A stretch of 64,000 nt of DNA from an uncultured Chloroflexia bacterium (GTDB taxonomy: Bacteria > Chloroflexota > Anaerolineae > Anaerolineales > E44-bin32): assembly GCA_963789825.1 (NCBI GenBank), contig CAWBME010000006.1, positions 974,612-1,038,611 of the forward strand. Direction: 5' to 3'. Shown in pieces: positions 61,019 through 64,000 of this stretch. The first letter of the stretch is position 1, and each line of letters starts with the position of its first letter. Made by a program: the position numbers and the translations under genes. The notes under the pieces were generated by a model. It worked only from the letters and a program-made list of their open reading frames with translations. It had not been told where the DNA came from and made no database searches.

Positions 61019-61932
61019 CCATCTCGCTCACCCCGCCTCCTGCTCCACCGCCGCTGCGCCGCTCGCCGCGCCTGCCGCGCTGGCTGGGGATCATCTTTCC
61101 CCTGGTGGTACTGACTGCGCTCGGGATGACGTATGCCGCCGCCGTCAACCGCACGCTGCACCCGGCTGCTGTCCAGGCCGGCGGGGCGGCGGCGCTCGGC
61201 CTGGCCGCCGGCGCGCTGACGCGCAGGAGCGCCGCCGGCCGGCCGCTCGCCACGCAATGGTGGATCGCCGAGGCGGCGGCCACTCTCGGACTGCTGTTGG
61301 CCGGGCTGCTTTCCGGCGGCCGCAGCGGCATCGCCGCGCCGCTGGTCGGCGGCTCTGCGGCGCGCCTGGCAGACCTGGCCTGGCTGGCGCTTGCCGGGCT
61401 CGGCGCGTGGCTCGCGCTCCGCTACCACCGGCCGCGCCCGATGCGCCCGCCCCGACGGACGCTGCGGCAGCGGATCCATTCCTCCCAAGACGGCTGGCGA
61501 ATCCGCCTGCAGCGCCTGTCGCCCGCCCGCCTCTGGCGCCGCCATCGGCTGGGGCCGATGCACACCCGTCCGCGCCTCCCCACTGCCGCGGCCGCCGCCA
61601 CTGCACAGTCAGCTCCCCGGCATGCGCCCACCAGCCGCACCAGGCCGTCCCCCAAGGTCAAGCCCGCCAAAGCCCGCCGCCTGACCACCGCTCGCGCCTC
61701 CCGGCGCGCACCGAGGCGGATCGCACAGCGCCCCATTCGCTTCACCGGCAGGGAAGAATCGCGCTGCCCATACTGTCTGGAACGGGTATCCCCAAATGAC
61801 CCACGCGGATCCAGAGTCTGCCCGGTCTGCCACACTCGCCACCATGCGGACTGCTGGGCTGTAACCGGAGTCTGCCAGATGCCGCATCTGTACGTGGACG
61901 CCTCCGCCGGACGACAAGGAGCGAACCGATGA
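61015..61932 (+). CDS. 4-TM membrane protein with a C-terminal RING-like (treble-clef) zinc finger; candidate E3
   Basis: This is the 3' part of ORF 59776..61932. GTG 61015 overlaps the E1 stop (GTGA) after GGAGG. Four hydrophobic helices and an Arg/Pro-rich linker are followed by CPYC-x14-CPVC-HTRHHADC-x6-C (61765..61875). Confidence 0.65.
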   Translation: MTISLTPPPAPPPLRRSPRLPRWLGIIFPLVVLTALGMTYAAAVNRTLHPAAVQAGGAAALGLAAGALTRRSAAGRPLATQWWIAEAAATLGLLLAGLLSGGRSGIAAPLVGGSAARLADLAWLALAGLGAWLALRYHRPRPMRPPRRTLRQRIHSSQDGWRIRLQRLSPARLWRRHRLGPMHTRPRLPTAAAAATAQSAPRHAPTSRTRPSPKVKPAKARRLTTARASRRAPRRIAQRPIRFTGREESRCPYCLERVSPNDPRGSRVCPVCHTRHHADCWAVTGVCQMPHLYVDASAGRQGANR

Positions 61933-62777
61933 CCGACCTGGCCGTGACGATAGTCCTTCCCAACGGCGGCGCGCGCACGGCGGAGATGCCGGACGAGGTC
62001 AGCGTGCGTGATCTGCTGGCCGAGCTGACCTCGCTGCTCAAGCTCCCTACCCTCGGGCCGGATGGCCGGGCGATGGGCTACCGCATCGACAGCAAGGCGC
62101 TCGGCCGCGAGCTGCGCGAGGACGAGACGCTGGCCCAGGCTGGCGTTCCCGCCAACGACCGGCTGATCCTGACCGCCGACATCACCGCTGGCGCCAATCC
62201 AGTCGAGCAGTCACCGCGTCAGCGCCGGCTGCGCGGCGACCACGAGCGCATGGTCGAGTTGGCGGCGCGCAGCGATGTGATTCGCTTCGAGGCCCGGCCG
62301 GAGCATCCCGGCTGGGCGCCCGAGCGCTATGTCCTGACGTTTCGCTGCAAAGGCATCGCCAGCGTCGATCGGCAGGGCCGGCCCAAGTTCTCCGAACATC
62401 ATCAGGTGGAGATCTACCTGCACAGCCAATACCCGCAACGCTGGCCAGGGATGAAATGGCTGACGCCGATCTGGCATCCCAACATCAACCATCTCAATGG
62501 AAGCGTGTGTATCGACGCCGCCTGGTGGACGGCCGGTCGCTCGCTCGACCGGCTGGTGATCATGCTGGGCGAGATGATCCAGTACAAGAACTTCCACGAT
62601 GACCCGAAGCAGCCTCCCTTTCCGTGGGACGTCGAGGCTGCGCGCTGGTGCCGGGAGTATCGCCGCCGGCACCCCGATGCCTTCCCTGTCGATCGCCGTG
62701 AACTGCTGCGGCCCGAACGCGTCAAGCTCGCCGGTCAGCCGGCGGCCAAGGCGCGCCCACGCGTCCGCCTGAAGTAG
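61929..62777 (+). CDS. Ubl-E2 fusion: N-terminal beta-grasp Ubl (aa 1-88, ends ITAG) + UBC-fold E2 with HPN motif and catalytic Cys
   Basis: ATG 61929 overlaps the previous stop (ATGA). The E2 core is YPQRWPGMKWLTPIWHPNINHLNGSVCID (HPN 62475..62483, Cys 62508..62510). The N-terminal 85 aa are ~70% identical to the free Ubl at 62824..63120. Confidence 0.8.
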   Translation: MTDLAVTIVLPNGGARTAEMPDEVSVRDLLAELTSLLKLPTLGPDGRAMGYRIDSKALGRELREDETLAQAGVPANDRLILTADITAGANPVEQSPRQRRLRGDHERMVELAARSDVIRFEARPEHPGWAPERYVLTFRCKGIASVDRQGRPKFSEHHQVEIYLHSQYPQRWPGMKWLTPIWHPNINHLNGSVCIDAAWWTAGRSLDRLVIMLGEMIQYKNFHDDPKQPPFPWDVEAARWCREYRRRHPDAFPVDRRELLRPERVKLAGQPAAKARPRVRLK

Positions 62778-62823
62778 CCGGTGCCGACGGGAAGATCCAA
62801 CTCAGCCACAGGAGGCAGACACC

Positions 62824-63120
62824 ATGACCGACAACGTGAAAGAGGAAACCCGGGCAGCGGAACTCTCGGTGACGATTGTGCTCCCCTCCGGGGGAAGCCG
62901 GACGGCGGACGTGCCGCGTGAGGTGCCGGTGCGCGAGTTGATCCCCGAGCTCACCACATCGCTCGGCTTGCCGACGACCGGGCCCGACGGACGACCGACC
63001 AGCTACCGCTTGGACAGCAAGGCCCTCGGTCGCGAGCTGCGCGAGGAAGAGACGCTGGCCTCGGCCGGCGTCCCAGAAGGCGACCGCCTGATCGTGACCG
63101 CCGACGTGACCGCCGGCTGA
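62824..63120 (+). CDS. Free ubiquitin-like (beta-grasp) protein ending ...VTAG-stop
   Basis: A 98-aa ORF after AGGAGG. It has an alternating beta/alpha pattern (VTIVLPSGGSRTADVPREVPVRELIPELTTSLGLP...YRLDSKALGRELREEETLASAGVPEGDRLIVTADVTAG) and an exposed C-terminal Gly. Confidence 0.75.
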   Translation: MTDNVKEETRAAELSVTIVLPSGGSRTADVPREVPVRELIPELTTSLGLPTTGPDGRPTSYRLDSKALGRELREEETLASAGVPEGDRLIVTADVTAG

Positions 63121-63137
63121 GCTCGATCGGCTTTCAT

Positions 63138-63168
63138 CCCCGCCCGGCGGCATGCGCCCCGGGCGGGG
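63138..63168 (+). other. GC-rich hairpin between the Ubl and JAB genes, 3' arm abutting the JAB Shine-Dalgarno
   Basis: CCCCGCCCGG (63138..63147) pairs perfectly with CCGGGCGGGG (63159..63168). The sequence GGGGAGG that follows and overlaps it is the only RBS for ATG 63182. No U-tract follows. Confidence 0.5.
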
Positions 63169-63181
63169 AGGCCAGGTGGAT

Positions 63182-63844
63182 ATGATCTCGGACTCGACAC
63201 GCATTCGGATCGGCGCCAGGGAAGCCATCCAAGCCGCGCCCGGGCACATGCCGGTGCAGCAGGCGCTCCACTGGCTCTCGGCGTACGACAGCCCTCGCCC
63301 GGCGGAGGGAATGCGCGTGTTCATGACGCCCTCGGCCTACGTTCGCTGCTGCGCGCATGCTGGCAGCGATCTGGTGCACGAGGTCGGCGGGGCGCTCGTC
63401 GGCCGGTGGCGGGTGGATGCCGCCACGCGCCAGCCCTACCAGGTGATCGAGGCGGTCCTGCCGGCGCGCCACACCCGCCACGGCCCTGCCTACCTGACCT
63501 TCACCCAGGACAGCCTGGTGGCATTGAACGATGATCTCGAGGAGCGTTTCCCCGGCCGGCTGATGCTCGGCTGGTATCACACCCACCCGCGGATGGGGGT
63601 CTTTCTCTCCGGGCAGGATCTCTGGATCCACGAGCACTTCTTCCCCGAGCCCTGGCAGGTGGCGCTGGTGATCGAGCCGGTGACGCGCGCCGGCGGGTTC
63701 TTCGTGCGGGACAAGGCAGGTCGCCTCGACCCACACGCCTACACCGGCTTCCACGAGCTGCTGCGCGACGGACGCGGCAGCCTGATGGTGTGGACCAATC
63801 TCAGCCAAGAGGTAGTGGCAGTCGAGGAAGGAGTATCTGGATGA
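63182..63844 (+). CDS. JAB/MPN+ (JAMM) metalloisopeptidase
   Basis: ORF 63152..63844, start ATG 63182. It has a Glu in HEVGGALVG and the JAMM motif HTHPRMGVFLSGQD (63578..63619). Confidence 0.85.
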   Translation: MISDSTRIRIGAREAIQAAPGHMPVQQALHWLSAYDSPRPAEGMRVFMTPSAYVRCCAHAGSDLVHEVGGALVGRWRVDAATRQPYQVIEAVLPARHTRHGPAYLTFTQDSLVALNDDLEERFPGRLMLGWYHTHPRMGVFLSGQDLWIHEHFFPEPWQVALVIEPVTRAGGFFVRDKAGRLDPHAYTGFHELLRDGRGSLMVWTNLSQEVVAVEEGVSG

Positions 63845-64000
63845 GCCGGTCGATGCGCACGTATTACTACGCCGTGGCAGGCGCCATGGGTGGGCTGATC
63901 GCCTGGCAGGTCAGCAACTTGATCGGGCTGTCGTTCTCGGCCAATCTGTACCTCAACGAAGTCGTCGTCGGTGGCCTGATCGGCCTGTGCATCGGACTGC
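63841..64000 (+). CDS. Membrane protein, 5' fragment (continues beyond the window), translationally coupled to JAB
   Basis: ATG 63841 overlaps the JAB stop (ATGA). Translation: MSRSMRTYYYAVAGAMGGLIAWQVSNLIGLSFSANLYLNEVVVGGLIGLCIGL, with at least two hydrophobic helices. Confidence 0.5.
   Translation, partial: MSRSMRTYYYAVAGAMGGLIAWQVSNLIGLSFSANLYLNEVVVGGLIGLCIGL

Overview
This is a high-GC bacterial chromosomal window. Gene content, Pro/Thr-rich linkers and the T-box, SAM-I and CIRCE regulation are compatible with a Chloroflexota-like organism, but that is a weak inference. Most of it is housekeeping: two paralogous multidomain solute-binding lipoproteins, an ATP-grasp enzyme, an NfuA-like protein, MFS and VIT1 transporters, a four-gene LiaF/DUF5668-like membrane cluster, GNATs, S1C/HtrA proteases, a LuxR-type regulator, LCP, MarR plus a heterodimeric ABC exporter, prs, MeaB plus the B12-binding MCM subunit, trpS, trxA, hrcA-grpE-dnaK-dnaJ-prmA, infA, rpsU, an S1-domain protein, two AI-2E transporters, pnp, rpsO, proS, metK and cspA. 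The standout is 59.3-64.0 kb, a tightly coupled operon encoding a complete eukaryote-like ubiquitination cassette. It has an E1 (ThiF/UBA-type) carrying an N-terminal GntR-type wHTH, a 4-TM membrane protein ending in a RING-like Zn finger (candidate E3), a Ubl-E2 (HPN-Cys UBC) fusion, a free paralogous Ubl ending in Gly, a JAB/MPN+ isopeptidase, and a further membrane protein cut by the window end. A sigma70-like promoter with a perfect 17-bp GntR-type palindrome sits immediately upstream. The ORF track does not show several other elements: a SAM-I riboswitch before metK, a probable Trp T-box before trpS, a perfect CIRCE before hrcA, several promoters and terminators, and a ~250-260 bp palindromic MITE-like repeat in three copies. 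The major caveat is that at least 30 single-base frameshifts interrupt obviously essential genes (infA, rpsO, pnp, trpS, proS). The assembly therefore very probably carries indel errors, and many ORF-track pieces had to be rejoined by eye. Coordinates of frameshift junctions are approximate.
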